Origin: Candidatus Subterrananammoxibius californiae
GTDB taxonomy: Bacteria; Planctomycetota; Brocadiia; Brocadiales; Subterrananammoxibiaceae
Direction: 5' to 3'
NCBI GenBank assembly: GCA_030586555.1
Contig: JAURAC010000002.1
Coordinates: 110,087-174,086, forward strand
Length of the DNA stretch: 64,000 bases
Shown here: positions 10,185 through 20,770 of the stretch, in pieces
Layout: every line of letters starts with the position of its first letter
How positions within the stretch are numbered: position 1 is the stretch's first letter
Made by a program: the position numbers and the translations under genes
Notes under the pieces: generated by a model
Told to the model about the DNA's origin: nothing
The model's database searches: none
The model's input: the letters and a program-made list of their open reading frames with translations, nothing else

Positions 10185-10778
10185 CTAATTAAAAACGTTC
10201 ATACAGCTCTCTATACCTGTGGTAACCCATGTATCAATAGCATGGCAGGCTTTATCAATTGCTTGATTAATAATTTCTTTTTCATCCTCAGTAAAATGAG
10301 TGAGGACGTATTCCTTTGCATCCTTAACTACGGGTTGGCCAATACCGATTCTCAATCTCGGGAATCCAGAGCCCACATAGTGCGCGATGGATTCAAGACC
10401 ATTATGTCCACCACTGCTGCCCTTTTCCCGTATCCGTATCTTTCCAACAGGAAGATTAAGGTCATCACAAACGACCATTATCCTATTCAGAGGGCAACCG
10501 TAGTATGCAACTATTTTCCCCACTGATACACCACTAAGGTTGACGTATGTTTGAGGCTTTGAGATGAGAATTTTTTTTTCACCAATAAAGCCTTCACCAA
10601 TAATAGCCTCAAACTTCTTCTTGTTACAAGCTATTTCGCACTGCTCCGCCAACCTGTCTATCGTCATAAAACCAATATTGTGCCTGGTAGATATGTACTT
10701 TTTGCCAGGATTACCCAGTCCAACAATAATCCTCAAATCCTGGCTAAAAGATTGGTTTAAATCGTTCTGAAATGCCAT
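10185..10778 (-). CDS. pth: Peptidyl-tRNA hydrolase
   Basis: GLGNPG, TRHNIGF, GGHNGL. Confidence 0.97.
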   Translation of the reverse strand: MAFQNDLNQSFSQDLRIIVGLGNPGKKYISTRHNIGFMTIDRLAEQCEIACNKKKFEAIIGEGFIGEKKILISKPQTYVNLSGVSVGKIVAYYGCPLNRIMVVCDDLNLPVGKIRIREKGSSGGHNGLESIAHYVGSGFPRLRIGIGQPVVKDAKEYVLTHFTEDEKEIINQAIDKACHAIDTWVTTGIESCMNVFN

Positions 10779-10789
10779 GTTAAACCAGC

Positions 10790-11428
10790 TTATTTCCCCT
10801 CTTCTACCTCTTCCTCCTTTTCTACCTTTCTGGTAATTACCTCAGGCTCAGCCAGCGCCTCTTCTTCTGGCAATTTCTTTTCTTCCTCAGCCTTGCGGAT
10901 AGTGACCACAATTCCCTCCGGGTCAGTCATCATTTTTGTATCCTCTGGAATCTTGACATCTTTGACAAAGATTGAACTTCCTAAGCCCAATTCTGTAACG
11001 TTCAGTCTTATTTTTTCAGGGATTGCCGTAGGCAGGCATTCTATCTTAACTTCCTTCATCTGGTGGTCTAATACGCCGCCGTCTTTAACCCCTGCGGCAA
11101 GGCCGTATAGTTCTATGGGAATAGCCAATACCACACTCTTGTGAAGGTCAATGCGGGTAAAATCCACGTGCAGAATTTCCCTTCCGAATGGGTCATATTG
11201 AACGTCTTTGATGAGCACAGTTTCTGCTTTATCATCCCATTTTAAGTTCACCATTCGTGCCATAGAGCTAAGCGCTGCCTTTAGACCGGCGCCATTGAGG
11301 GTGAGCATTACATTCTCCCGCCCAAGCCCGTAAAGAACGCCCGGCACATTCCCACTTTTGCGCAAACGACGCATTAAACGGGTACCAGATTCGCTCCTTG
11401 GTAATGCCTGTAAAATCAATGCCTCCAT
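10790..11428 (-). CDS. rplY: 50S ribosomal protein L25/Ctc
   Basis: PGVLYG, HVDF, C-terminal Ctc domain. Confidence 0.95.
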   Translation of the reverse strand: MEALILQALPRSESGTRLMRRLRKSGNVPGVLYGLGRENVMLTLNGAGLKAALSSMARMVNLKWDDKAETVLIKDVQYDPFGREILHVDFTRIDLHKSVVLAIPIELYGLAAGVKDGGVLDHQMKEVKIECLPTAIPEKIRLNVTELGLGSSIFVKDVKIPEDTKMMTDPEGIVVTIRKAEEEKKLPEEEALAEPEVITRKVEKEEEVEEGK

Positions 11429-11450
11429 TTATCCCATTCCTTTCTTAAAA

Positions 11451-12455
11451 TTACATCAGACCAAACACCGGCTGAGTCTCAGGTGTTTCTGAAAACATAG
11501 AGCTCACCGATTCATTAGTGTGAATCCTCCTGATAGCCTCTCCCAACAGCCCTGCGATTGAAAGAACTTTAATTTTGCTTCCAAGACCTTTACCTTTGCT
11601 ATTTAAAGGGATTGAATCCGTTACGGCAATTTCCTTAATCGGTGCGGCTAATAACTTTTCCCCTGCAGAGCCGCAGAACACAGGGTGGGTTGCCCCAACA
11701 TAAATATCCTTTGCCCCCTTATCTTTAAGGATTAATGCAGCCTGATAGATAGAACCCCCCGTTGCTATTAAGTCATCCAGGATTATTACGTTTTTATCCT
11801 TTACATCCCCAATAATAAAGCCAATCTCCGTCTCTTCTGGTCCTGTCCTGCGTTTGTCAACAATAGCCAGTCTAACGTTGAGTTTCTTTGAATAAGCTCT
11901 GGCAATCTTTATCCCACCAACATCAGGCGTTACCACTACAAGGTCCGGCAAATTAAGATTTTGATAATAATTGCAAAGAACGGGAAACGCCAGGAGATGG
12001 TCAACAGGAACATCAAAAAAGCCCTGAATTTGTGCTGCATGAAGGTCTACAGTAAGCACCCTATCGGCACCCGCTTCAACTATAATATTGGCTACCAACT
12101 TTGCAGTAATTGGTACCCTGCCCTCATCTTTTCTGTCCTTTCTTGCGTACCCATAATATGGCAGAACAGCAGTAATTCTGGCTGCCGATGCTCGCCTGAG
12201 GCAGTCCATAAACATTAATAATTCTATCAAGTTCTCATTTACTGGCGGACATGTTGGCTGAATCAAAAATATGTCTACCCCACGAACATCTTCATTGACC
12301 TTCAAATCTATCTCTCCGTCCGGAAAACGCCCAACATAGGCATCGCCGAGAGGAATGGAAAGATATTCGCAAATCTTCTGCGCAAGGGGACGATTTGCAT
12401 TTCCTGAAAATATCTTTATATTGTCCAACGATTCGAAGAATCTTTTTCTATCCAT
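11451..12455 (-). CDS. prs: Ribose-phosphate pyrophosphokinase
   Basis: PYYGYAR, DLHAAQIQGFF, DDLIATGGS. Confidence 0.98.
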   Translation of the reverse strand: MDRKRFFESLDNIKIFSGNANRPLAQKICEYLSIPLGDAYVGRFPDGEIDLKVNEDVRGVDIFLIQPTCPPVNENLIELLMFMDCLRRASAARITAVLPYYGYARKDRKDEGRVPITAKLVANIIVEAGADRVLTVDLHAAQIQGFFDVPVDHLLAFPVLCNYYQNLNLPDLVVVTPDVGGIKIARAYSKKLNVRLAIVDKRRTGPEETEIGFIIGDVKDKNVIILDDLIATGGSIYQAALILKDKGAKDIYVGATHPVFCGSAGEKLLAAPIKEIAVTDSIPLNSKGKGLGSKIKVLSIAGLLGEAIRRIHTNESVSSMFSETPETQPVFGLM

Positions 12456-12495
12456 AATATTACCCCCCTGCCTTAAATTATGAATCGAACCTGCC

Positions 12496-13263
12496 TCAGG
12501 TGAGTTGCATCCTAAATGCTTTTTGATTTATTCCCACCCACCTCACTATTTCTGCAAGTTCCTTGAGTGTATTGACACCAAATATCTGCAAAGATTCCGA
12601 AATGCAGACTGTTTCTATCCTTTTGTTCATTGCGTGCAATACGGCTATCACATCTGTAAGATAATATTCCCCTTTTCTGTTTGTTGGCGCAACTGTGTCA
12701 AGTGCATCAAACAGTGCTTTTGCATTGAAGCAGTAAATGCCAGAATTTACCTCATTAATCTCCCTCTCCTCTTCTATTGCATCTACTTCCTCGATTATGC
12801 GTATTACCTTTCCTTCTTTATTCCTACAAATCCTGCCGTAACCCTGAGGATTATCAACTTTAGCGGTCAATATCGTACAATCAGCCCTATACTCATAATG
12901 ACACTCAAGCAGGTTTCTGATAGTTTTAGCTTTAATAAGCGGCGCATCACCAGGAAGTACTACTATATTTCCTGAAAAGCCTCCAAGATAAACTCCGGCT
13001 GTTTTCACTGCATGACCAGTACCGAGTTGCTCATGTTGGTCTATCCACTTAAGATTATTAAAACCTTTAAACGCATCTATAACCCTTTCACCTTGATACC
13101 CAACAACAACTAAAATGCGGGAAATACCTGCGCCTCTGACTGCCGTTATAACCCATTCCAGAAGTGGTTTCCCGAAGATTTCATGTAGCACCTTTGGCTT
13201 ATCAGACTTCATACGTGTGCCCTTGCCAGCAGCCAGCACGATTGCCAGAGTTTCTTTCGTCAT
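12496..13263 (-). CDS. glmU: GlcNAc-1-P uridyltransferase (GlmU N-terminal domain only)
   Basis: LAAGKGTRMKS, QLGTGHA, GEYYLTD; ends before the hexapeptide acetyltransferase domain. Confidence 0.85.
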   Translation of the reverse strand: MTKETLAIVLAAGKGTRMKSDKPKVLHEIFGKPLLEWVITAVRGAGISRILVVVGYQGERVIDAFKGFNNLKWIDQHEQLGTGHAVKTAGVYLGGFSGNIVVLPGDAPLIKAKTIRNLLECHYEYRADCTILTAKVDNPQGYGRICRNKEGKVIRIIEEVDAIEEEREINEVNSGIYCFNAKALFDALDTVAPTNRKGEYYLTDVIAVLHAMNKRIETVCISESLQIFGVNTLKELAEIVRWVGINQKAFRMQLT

Positions 13264-13283
13264 ATAATCTTCTTAAAATCAGA

Positions 13284-13357
13284 TGGCTACCCGGGGAGGA
13301 CTCGAACCTCCAATGAGAGAACCAAAATCTCTAGTGTTACCATTACACTACCGGGTA
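13284..13357 (-). tRNA. tRNA-Gln(TTG)
   Basis: Cloverleaf TACCCGG/CCGGGTA, anticodon loop TTTTGGT, TTCGAGT, encoded CCA. Confidence 0.95.
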
Positions 13358-13365
13358 AACAAAAA

Positions 13366-13438
13366 AGATTACAGATTACAAATTGCAAATTACAGATTAA
13401 GAAGCATATTTTTTATCTGTAATTTGTAATCTGTAGTC
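13366..13438. repeat. Inverted heptamer array (AGATTAC)n...(GTAATCT)n
   Basis: About five AGATTAC/AAATTAC units followed by their reverse complements. Confidence 0.75.
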
Positions 13439-15093
13439 TAAATTAGCACCGCCCCTTTGTCAGCCGAACTCACGGCACTGGCGTATCGAGCAAGGTAGCC
13501 TTCCGTTACAACAGGGTTTGGAGGCGACCATTTCTTTCGGCGTTTATCAAGTTCAGACTCAGAAAGGACAACATCAAGCTTGCGGTTGGGTATATCAATA
13601 AGTATTTCGTCATTATCCTTTACAAGCGCTATCGGCCCCCCAACCATCGCCTCTGGAGAAACATGCCCAATGCAAGGGCCCCTTGTGCCCCCTGAAAAGC
13701 GTCCATCAGTTATTAATGCGACTGAGTCTCCAAGCCCCATGCCCATAATTGCTGCGGTGGGCGAAAGCATCTCTCTCATCCCCGGTCCACCCTTGGGACC
13801 TTCGTATCTAATTATTACCACCGTACCCTTGACAATTTCCTTATTCATTATTGCCTTCATGGCATGCTCTTCACGATTAAACACCTTTGCACGGCCTCGA
13901 AATAACATTGTTTCATCTGACAGGGCGCTCTGCTTTACCACTGCGCCATCAGGAGCAAGTGAACCGTATAATACTGCTACACCGCCTTCCTTATGATTTG
14001 GATTCTCCTTTGTTCTTATAATTTCGTTGTCAAACACCTCAGCCTGCTTCGAAATCTCAGAAATTGTTAATCCTGATACCGTTAAACAATCATTGAGGCT
14101 ATTTCCCAGTCGTTTCATTAATGCCGGCACGCCACCAGCGTAGTAGAAATCTTCAAGATAGTATTCGCCGCCCGGTAATAAACTCACCAGATGAGGTGTC
14201 CTTGCGCTTATTTTGTCAAAGAGCTTCAAATCTATTTCAAGCCCCGCCTCACTTGCTATTGCAGGGATATGAAGACAAGAGTTCGTTGAACCGCCAAGTG
14301 CCATGTCAATGGCTATACCATTTTCAAATGCCTCCCTGGTCATTATCCTTCTTGCCGTAATATTATCTTTGACTAATTGAACGACCCTTTGGCCGCTTTT
14401 ATAAGCAATCCTGTCCTTTTCGGCAGAAATGGCAAGGGTTGCAGCGCATTTGGGCAAGGACATACCCATGGCTTCAGATACACAAGCCATGGTGTTGGCA
14501 GTATAAAGCCCCTGACACGACCCCGGTCCAGGACAAGCCTCTAATTCAAGGCATTCCATTTCCGCATCCGTTATTTCTCCCTTGAGCCGCCTCCCTACAG
14601 CCTCAAACGTGTCTTTGACCATCGAGAGCTTCTGCATCTTGTAACGGCCCGAAATCATAGGTCCTGCAGTAACAACGATACCAGGAATATCTATTCGGGC
14701 AAGACCCATGAGCATTCCTGGGGTAATCTTATCGCAATTTGTGAGCAAGACAAGCCCATCGAGGCAGTGAGCATTCGTTACACACTCAATCATATCGGCA
14801 ATCAGCTCCCGCGTTGCGAGCGAGTAGTACATGCCTTTATGACCCATGGCAATACCGTCACAAATACCCGGAATACCAAAGATAAAGCTTATGCCCCCTC
14901 CAGCATACACCCCCTTCTCGATGGCCGTTTCCAGCCGTCTCATGTGGGTATGGCCAGGGATTAGCTCGCTATAACTGCTTGCTATGCCAATAAAAGGCTT
15001 CCCTAAATCTTCCTTGCTAACACCGGTTGCATATAATAACGACCTGGCAGCCGCCCGTTCAAGCCCCTTTGTAATTGTTTCACTACGTAACAA
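13438..15093 (-). CDS. ilvD: Dihydroxy-acid dehydratase
   Basis: [33 protein letters not shown]. Confidence 0.98.
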   Translation of the reverse strand: MLRSETITKGLERAAARSLLYATGVSKEDLGKPFIGIASSYSELIPGHTHMRRLETAIEKGVYAGGGISFIFGIPGICDGIAMGHKGMYYSLATRELIADMIECVTNAHCLDGLVLLTNCDKITPGMLMGLARIDIPGIVVTAGPMISGRYKMQKLSMVKDTFEAVGRRLKGEITDAEMECLELEACPGPGSCQGLYTANTMACVSEAMGMSLPKCAATLAISAEKDRIAYKSGQRVVQLVKDNITARRIMTREAFENGIAIDMALGGSTNSCLHIPAIASEAGLEIDLKLFDKISARTPHLVSLLPGGEYYLEDFYYAGGVPALMKRLGNSLNDCLTVSGLTISEISKQAEVFDNEIIRTKENPNHKEGGVAVLYGSLAPDGAVVKQSALSDETMLFRGRAKVFNREEHAMKAIMNKEIVKGTVVIIRYEGPKGGPGMREMLSPTAAIMGMGLGDSVALITDGRFSGGTRGPCIGHVSPEAMVGGPIALVKDNDEILIDIPNRKLDVVLSESELDKRRKKWSPPNPVVTEGYLARYASAVSSADKGAVLI

Positions 15094-15446
15094 TTTTTTT
15101 ATTACTATCTTTTCAGCCTTGCTCGCATATTAGCAAGCAAAGTATGCAGATTCTCCCTTTCTACCTTCTATTATTAGCCTTATGTAAAAATCTTCGATAA
15201 TGACTCTGCTTAGAAATTTCCTCAGTTGGCATGTTATCATACCACATAAATCAAGTCAAGGAAATTTTAGTTAGGGGCAAAAAGTAAGTTACTACCCAAT
15301 GCTTTCAACATGGGCAAACCTGCCTGAGGCGGTAGTTGGCTCGCTTACTTTTTTCTCCTTGACTTTTAGCAGGCGTCATGCTGAAATAACTAAAATCTTA
15401 TTTTAGACCTCTATTCTATTTTCCCAATCACAAATACTTATTGTAA

Positions 15447-15902
15447 ATGGAAGACAAAAACAAATTCCTCAAAGACGCAGTATTAGTAAGTGGCTGTATT
15501 GTTGGCTTACATTGCAGATATAATGGTTCTTCCGATGTTAAAGAGGACGTGCTTAAGAGGCTGAAGGAAATTAACTTTGTTCCTTTGTGCCCGGAACAAC
15601 TTGGCGGGCTTCCTACGCCAAGGCCGAGGGCATGGATTTCTTCTGGTGACGGAAGTGACGTGCTCTCGGGATGTTCATCTATTATAACTGAGGATGGTAA
15701 AGACGTAACCGATAATTATATTAGGGGCGCAAAAGAGGTAGAACTAATAGTAAAACTTTTGGGGATTAAATTTGCTTACATGAAAAACAAAAGTCCATCC
15801 TGCGGATTCGGTAAGATATGGCGAGGTGACACGCTGGTTGATGGCAATGGCGTGTGTGCCGCACTACTGGCACAGAATAATGTTGAAATTATACCTGTTT
15901 GA
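15447..15902 (+). CDS. DUF523 / 2-thiouracil desulfurase-like Fe-S protein
   Basis: SGCIVG..CRYNG, CPEQLGGLPTPR, SPSCG. Confidence 0.9.
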   Translation: MEDKNKFLKDAVLVSGCIVGLHCRYNGSSDVKEDVLKRLKEINFVPLCPEQLGGLPTPRPRAWISSGDGSDVLSGCSSIITEDGKDVTDNYIRGAKEVELIVKLLGIKFAYMKNKSPSCGFGKIWRGDTLVDGNGVCAALLAQNNVEIIPV

Positions 15903-15917
15903 TTGGGAGGAGAATAT

Positions 15918-16547
15918 ATGGATTCTTCGGAACAAGCAGAGGTTCATGGGGTAAGGAAGGTTCAACCATTAAGAAGACTGTATGACTGGGTACTACACTG
16001 GGCAGAAACGCCTTATGGGCCGTGGGCGCTCTTTATCCTTGCCTTTTGTGAATCTTCCTTTTTTCCCATCCCACCTGACGTACTATTAATAGCCCTTGCA
16101 ATATCAATCGCAAAGAAATCCTTTAGATACGCCCTTATTTGCTCTGTGGGTTCGGTGCTTGGCGGATGTTTTGGTTACTTTATTGGATACGAATTCTTTG
16201 AACACGTCGGAAAGCCAATCATTCATCTTTATGGTGTGGGTGACAAATTTGAATTGGTAAGCCAGCAATACCAGAACAATGCCTTCGTGGCAGTTGCCAT
16301 AGCAGGCTTTACACCAATTCCTTATAAAGTATTCACGATTGCCGCTGGCGCCTGCAGTGTGAATTTTCTTACCTTTGTGATAGCTTCTGCCATCAGCCGA
16401 AGTGCACGGTTCTTTATAATAGCAGCGCTAATTTATCTTTTTGGCGGCAGGATTAAAAATTTTATTGATAGATATTTTAACGTAATATCAATAGCCTTTG
16501 TTGTACTTCTAATAGGTGGTTTTGCCATTATAAAACTTTTAAGATAG
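15918..16547 (+). CDS. YqaA/DedA (VTT/SNARE-associated) membrane protein
   Basis: ESSFFPIPPD, TPIPYKVFTI. Confidence 0.92.
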   Translation: MDSSEQAEVHGVRKVQPLRRLYDWVLHWAETPYGPWALFILAFCESSFFPIPPDVLLIALAISIAKKSFRYALICSVGSVLGGCFGYFIGYEFFEHVGKPIIHLYGVGDKFELVSQQYQNNAFVAVAIAGFTPIPYKVFTIAAGACSVNFLTFVIASAISRSARFFIIAALIYLFGGRIKNFIDRYFNVISIAFVVLLIGGFAIIKLLR

Positions 16548-16582
16548 CCTGCCATTCCTTCAACAGGCTCACGACAAAACTT

Positions 16583-17509
16583 ATGAAGAAATTTCATTTG
16601 TACATCGTTTATTATATCCTTGTGGCATTAACTCTTGTAGCCACCAGTTATAGCCAGCCTATGTTAAGGAACGTGCGAGAGCCTGTAGCAGCCGGGCGTT
16701 TTTACCCTTCCGATGAGAACGTCTTAAGAACCGATGTAGAATCATATCTTGTAAAGGTTCCAAAACAAAACCTGCCCGGCAAGCCTGTGGCGCTGATTTC
16801 ACCAAACGCCGGATATAAATATACTGGAATTGTAGCCGCCCACGGCTATAACACAATTAAAGGTCGTAACTACAAAAGGATTATAATCCTTGCACCAACG
16901 CATTATGGCAGGTTCAAAGGGGTATCTATTTCACGTGATACTCATTATCAAACCCCACTCGGTCCTGTAGCGATAGACGATGAGGTTTGTAATAAACTAC
17001 TTGACCAGCCACCGCTATTTGGTACAGACCCTGAGGCTGATAAAAGGGAATATTCAATTGAAGTCCAGCTCCCATTCCTGCAAAGCGTATTGAAGGACTT
17101 CAAAATTGTTCCCCTGCTCCTTGGAAACCTCAAGAAAGAGGATATTGAAAAGGTCGCAGAGGCTATAAAATCTTTCGTGACAGATGACACCCTTCTAATC
17201 GCAAGTTCCGACTTTACTCACTACGGAGACGCCTTCAACTACGCTCCTTTTCGAAAGGATATCGAAGAAAACATCAAAAAACTCGATTACGGTGCCTTTG
17301 AAAGGATACTTGCATTGGACTCAGAAGGATTCCTTCAATACAGGATTGAAACTGGTATCACTGCTGATGGCTTCCTGCCTATAGGGCTACTTCTCAGACT
17401 TTTGCCTCCTGAAGCAAAGGGAACGCTATTAACTTATGAGACCTCTGGCAAACAAAGTGGAGATTTTACTTATTCCGTTAGTTACGCCTCGATAGTGTTT
17501 ACCAAATGA
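16583..17509 (+). CDS. amrB: AmmeMemoRadiSam protein B (Memo family) with signal peptide and degenerate metal site
   Basis: REPVAAGRFYP, SSDFTHYG; PNAGY, EYSIE and TADG replace PHAG, EHS and CG. Confidence 0.85.
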   Translation: MKKFHLYIVYYILVALTLVATSYSQPMLRNVREPVAAGRFYPSDENVLRTDVESYLVKVPKQNLPGKPVALISPNAGYKYTGIVAAHGYNTIKGRNYKRIIILAPTHYGRFKGVSISRDTHYQTPLGPVAIDDEVCNKLLDQPPLFGTDPEADKREYSIEVQLPFLQSVLKDFKIVPLLLGNLKKEDIEKVAEAIKSFVTDDTLLIASSDFTHYGDAFNYAPFRKDIEENIKKLDYGAFERILALDSEGFLQYRIETGITADGFLPIGLLLRLLPPEAKGTLLTYETSGKQSGDFTYSVSYASIVFTK

Positions 17510-17580
17510 AAAGCGAGCAACGAGCAATGAGCAATGGGGGTAGACAACGAACTTTATGTTCGTTGAAGTTAGAGTCAACG

Positions 17581-19113
17581 ATGATAAACATCGTTGTCTA
17601 CCTTTTATCGTTAAGTTTTCTTGCAATGCCAGTTCTTGCCCAACCACAAAAGTCTGTGCGAGAACCGGCAGTCGCCGGGAGCTTTTATTCGGCTGATGAA
17701 TCCACCTTAAGAGAACAAATAGAATCTTTCTTTAGCAAGGTACCCGAGTCCGCCTCAGGCGGAAACGATAAACCGATTGCGCTCATTTCTCCCCATGCTG
17801 GCTACCGGTACTCCGGGCTTGTAACCGCATACGGCTATAACACGATTAAAAACAAGAATTACAAGCGGGTGATTGTGCTTGCCCCAAGCCATTACGGTAG
17901 CTTTAAGGGCGTATCTATCCTCCGCGTTACACACTACCGTACGCCACTGGGACTTGTAGAAGTTGATAAAGATGTGTGCGATAAGCTTCTTGAAAATACC
18001 TTATTGTTTAGCACTTATCCCGATGCCGATAAGTATGAACATTCCCTAGAAACCCAACTTCCATTTCTGCAAATGACTTTAAAGGATTTCAGGCTTGTAC
18101 CACTGCTTATTGGATACCTCTCAGGTGAAGATGTTCAAAAGGTTGCTGAGTGTATAAAATCTTTTATTACTAATGAGACTATCCTTATAGCAAGTTGTGA
18201 CTTCACCCACTACGGGTATAATTTTGATTACGTCCCTTTCAAGAAGGATACAGAGGCAAATATCAAGAAGCTTGATTACGGCGCTTTTGATAGGATACTT
18301 GCATTTGATTCCGATGGATTCCTAAAATATAAAACAGAAACGGGTATAACTGCCTGCGGCTACTTGCCTGTGGCTGTGCTTTTAAAGTTATTACCAGTTA
18401 ACGCCAAAGGAACACTTCTAAATTATGACACATCTGGAAGACAGACTGGGGGCTTTACAAACTCTGTGAGTTATGCTTCAATAGTATTTACAATACCCTC
18501 TAAAGAAGAAACCAGAAGCCCACCAAATCCGAATAAAACAGGGGAAGAAATGGATGAACAAGCAAAAAAAAACCTTCTCTATATTGCAAGAAAGACCGTT
18601 GAGGCGGCAATAAATAATACCCCAATCCCGGAATTTAATATAACCGATGAAGCCCTGCAGGGAAAACAGGGGGCATTTGTAACGCTGAGAAATCACGGGC
18701 AACTCAGGGGTTGTATTGGCAGATTTGTCTCTGATATTCCACTTTACAAGGTTGTTTCAGAAATGGCACTTGCGTCAGCCACACAAGACCCACGCTTCCA
18801 GTTCGACCCTATCACCGCTTCCGAACTTAAGGATATTGATATTGAAATCTCCATACTTTCTCCATTAGAAAAGACCAATGACCCACTCAATATAGAACTC
18901 GGCAAACACGGGATATATATAAAGAGAGGCTTCAGGTCTGGTTGCTTCCTGCCACAGGTTGCCACAGAAACGGGATGGAGTAAGGAGGAATTCCTCTCCC
19001 AGTGTTGCTGCGGAAAGGCTGGACTTCCCCCCGATGCTTGGAAAGACCCGAAGACCGACGTCTTTGTCTTTACAGCAGAGATTGTTGAGGAGAAAAAAAG
19101 CAAAGAGCTATGA
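17581..19113 (+). CDS. AmrB (Memo)-AmrA (AMMECR1) fusion with signal peptide
   Basis: PHAGY, EHSLE, DFTHYG, TACG, then GAFVTL...LRGCIG, FLPQVA, KAGL; start at MINIVV (upstream extension is heptamer repeat). Confidence 0.9.
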   Translation: MINIVVYLLSLSFLAMPVLAQPQKSVREPAVAGSFYSADESTLREQIESFFSKVPESASGGNDKPIALISPHAGYRYSGLVTAYGYNTIKNKNYKRVIVLAPSHYGSFKGVSILRVTHYRTPLGLVEVDKDVCDKLLENTLLFSTYPDADKYEHSLETQLPFLQMTLKDFRLVPLLIGYLSGEDVQKVAECIKSFITNETILIASCDFTHYGYNFDYVPFKKDTEANIKKLDYGAFDRILAFDSDGFLKYKTETGITACGYLPVAVLLKLLPVNAKGTLLNYDTSGRQTGGFTNSVSYASIVFTIPSKEETRSPPNPNKTGEEMDEQAKKNLLYIARKTVEAAINNTPIPEFNITDEALQGKQGAFVTLRNHGQLRGCIGRFVSDIPLYKVVSEMALASATQDPRFQFDPITASELKDIDIEISILSPLEKTNDPLNIELGKHGIYIKRGFRSGCFLPQVATETGWSKEEFLSQCCCGKAGLPPDAWKDPKTDVFVFTAEIVEEKKSKEL

Positions 19114-19190
19114 GCAACGAGTAGAAAGCAATGTGCGGTAAGTGATATGAAGGTGGAACGGTTCGAAGACCTTCGTGAACTTTATAAAAA
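19099..19190 (+). pseudogene. Heptamer array plus 5' remnant of a four-helix-bundle (23S rRNA IVP-like) gene
   Basis: AGCAANG-type units, then ATG at 19147 giving MKVERFEDL-RELYK. Confidence 0.55.
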
Positions 19191-19253
19191 TAGGGACACA
19201 TCCCTTTTTTGTTTGTTTTTATTCTACCAAAAAAGGGATGTGTCCCTATTTTT
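19186..19253. terminator. Perfect 26-bp inverted repeat between convergent genes (bidirectional terminator or REP-like)
   Basis: AAAAATAGGGACACATCCCTTTTTTG / CAAAAAAGGGATGTGTCCCTATTTTT. Confidence 0.7.
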
Positions 19254-20340
19254 TTAGACCAACCAATATTTCTATGCCCTTTTCAATAGCTTCATCTGAT
19301 GCGGCGTAGGATATTCTGAAGTGGGTATCCTGCTCAGAGAATACGCTGCCTGGGATAATGAGAAGGTTTCTTTTAATCGCTTCGGTTACAAATTCCTGTC
19401 CCGTTCCCCATGGAACTTGAGGGAAGAGATAGAATGCGCCCTTGGGGCGCGTTATATTATAAAGCCCTTTGAGCCTATCGTAAATTAAATCTCTTTTCCT
19501 TTTATAATTTTTTATATGTTCGTCTATCTCATGATTAATGGTTTTAGAAACTGCCACCTGGGCAAATGAAGGTGCGCATATAAAGGTGTATTGCTGAAGT
19601 TTTATCATCTCACTTATTATTACAGCAGGTCCGATAGCGTAGCCTATTCGCCATCCTGTTATGGCATGGGATTTTGAGAATCCACCAAGCACCAAAGTCT
19701 TCTCATAATACTTACCTATGCTTTCAAAGTGCTCATCATAAGTAAAATCCTTGTATATTTCATCGGATATAATTATTAAGTCATGCTTCCTCGCAACCTC
19801 AACAATATCCTTTATTTCTCCTGAATTGCAAATCGCACCTGTAGGGTTTGCCGGGCTATTTATTACAAGAATCTTAGTGCGTGGTGTTATTTGGGCAACG
19901 ATGTGTTCTGCAGTAAGCCTGAAATCAGGATATGTACTGATAAATTTGGGGGTACCACCGCACAGCTTTGTGAGGTACTTATACATGCCGAAATAAGGGT
20001 CAGGAATAAGTACCTCATCACCTGGGTTAACAAGCACAAGAAATGCAAGGGTTGCTCCACCAGCGACACCACAGGTAATCATAATGTTATCGCCGAGGAT
20101 TCCGTACAACTTTTTCACATAACGAAGGCATCTTTCTCGAAGTTCGGGTATGCCCTGGGTCATTGTGTAACGATTCGCACCACTATTTATGGCATCAATT
20201 GCCTCCTTTTTAATATACTCTGGAACGTCAAAATCCGGTTGACCTATACTTAGATTGACCGGATTCTTCATTTTTTGAGCCAGGTCAAAGACCTTTCTTA
20301 TGCCGGATGAGTCAAGCCCATACATTCGGCTGGCAATCAT
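19246..20340 (-). CDS. Class I/II PLP-dependent aminotransferase
   Basis: GQPDF, NSPANPTG, SDEIY, SKSHAITGWRIG. Confidence 0.93.
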   Translation of the reverse strand: MIASRMYGLDSSGIRKVFDLAQKMKNPVNLSIGQPDFDVPEYIKKEAIDAINSGANRYTMTQGIPELRERCLRYVKKLYGILGDNIMITCGVAGGATLAFLVLVNPGDEVLIPDPYFGMYKYLTKLCGGTPKFISTYPDFRLTAEHIVAQITPRTKILVINSPANPTGAICNSGEIKDIVEVARKHDLIIISDEIYKDFTYDEHFESIGKYYEKTLVLGGFSKSHAITGWRIGYAIGPAVIISEMIKLQQYTFICAPSFAQVAVSKTINHEIDEHIKNYKRKRDLIYDRLKGLYNITRPKGAFYLFPQVPWGTGQEFVTEAIKRNLLIIPGSVFSEQDTHFRISYAASDEAIEKGIEILVGLKK

Positions 20341-20669
20341 TTAGGGGCAGCTCCCTTTCCAGGCTTCGACCTGAGCTCAGCCGAAGGTTTTGCGGCTGGT
20401 GCGGCAGGCTTTTCACCACCAGCAGATGGTTTCTCAGACGAAGCGGCAGCAGCTTCAGCAGTAGCTACTGCTGGCGCAACCTCCTTCTCTTTTTCCTTTT
20501 TCACTTTTCTTCTGGTTACAGCGGTTCTAACCTTTGGTAACCCAAAAACACTTTCCCCCTCGTTCCACCTGCCATCCTTAAGCAATGCCTGAAGTCTTTC
20601 AGTACGAGACAGCACGCTACGGCGCCTTAACAATTGACTCTTTATTATCAAACTTTTATCTATGCCCAT
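20337..20669 (-). CDS. Small basic protein (PVC superphylum signature protein family)
   Basis: IDKSL...RSVLSRTER...GLPKVR with Ala/Lys-rich tail. Confidence 0.85.
   Translation of the reverse strand: MGIDKSLIIKSQLLRRRSVLSRTERLQALLKDGRWNEGESVFGLPKVRTAVTRRKVKKEKEKEVAPAVATAEAAAASSEKPSAGGEKPAAPAAKPSAELRSKPGKGAAPK
20361..20389. repeat. 29-bp palindrome AGGCTTCGACCTGAGCTCAGCCGAAGGTT inside a CDS (identical copy 53075..53103)
   Basis: Exact match at two unrelated coding loci. Confidence 0.85.
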
Positions 20670-20770
20670 ATTATTCCTCTCTAAATAACTTAATCTTTAC
20701 AGAAATGAAAATTGAAAATTGTAAATCCTGACCCGTCGTCAGGACAGGTTTAAAATTTACATTTTACAAT

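Noticed and set aside
15094..15260. Ile/Leu/Val attenuator leader for ilvD
   Set aside because: Short upstream ORFs are not ILV-rich and no terminator/antiterminator pair is evident
19246..20340. Aminotransferase as the GnnB partner
   Set aside because: It has class I/II motifs, whereas GnnB belongs to the DegT/DnrJ family
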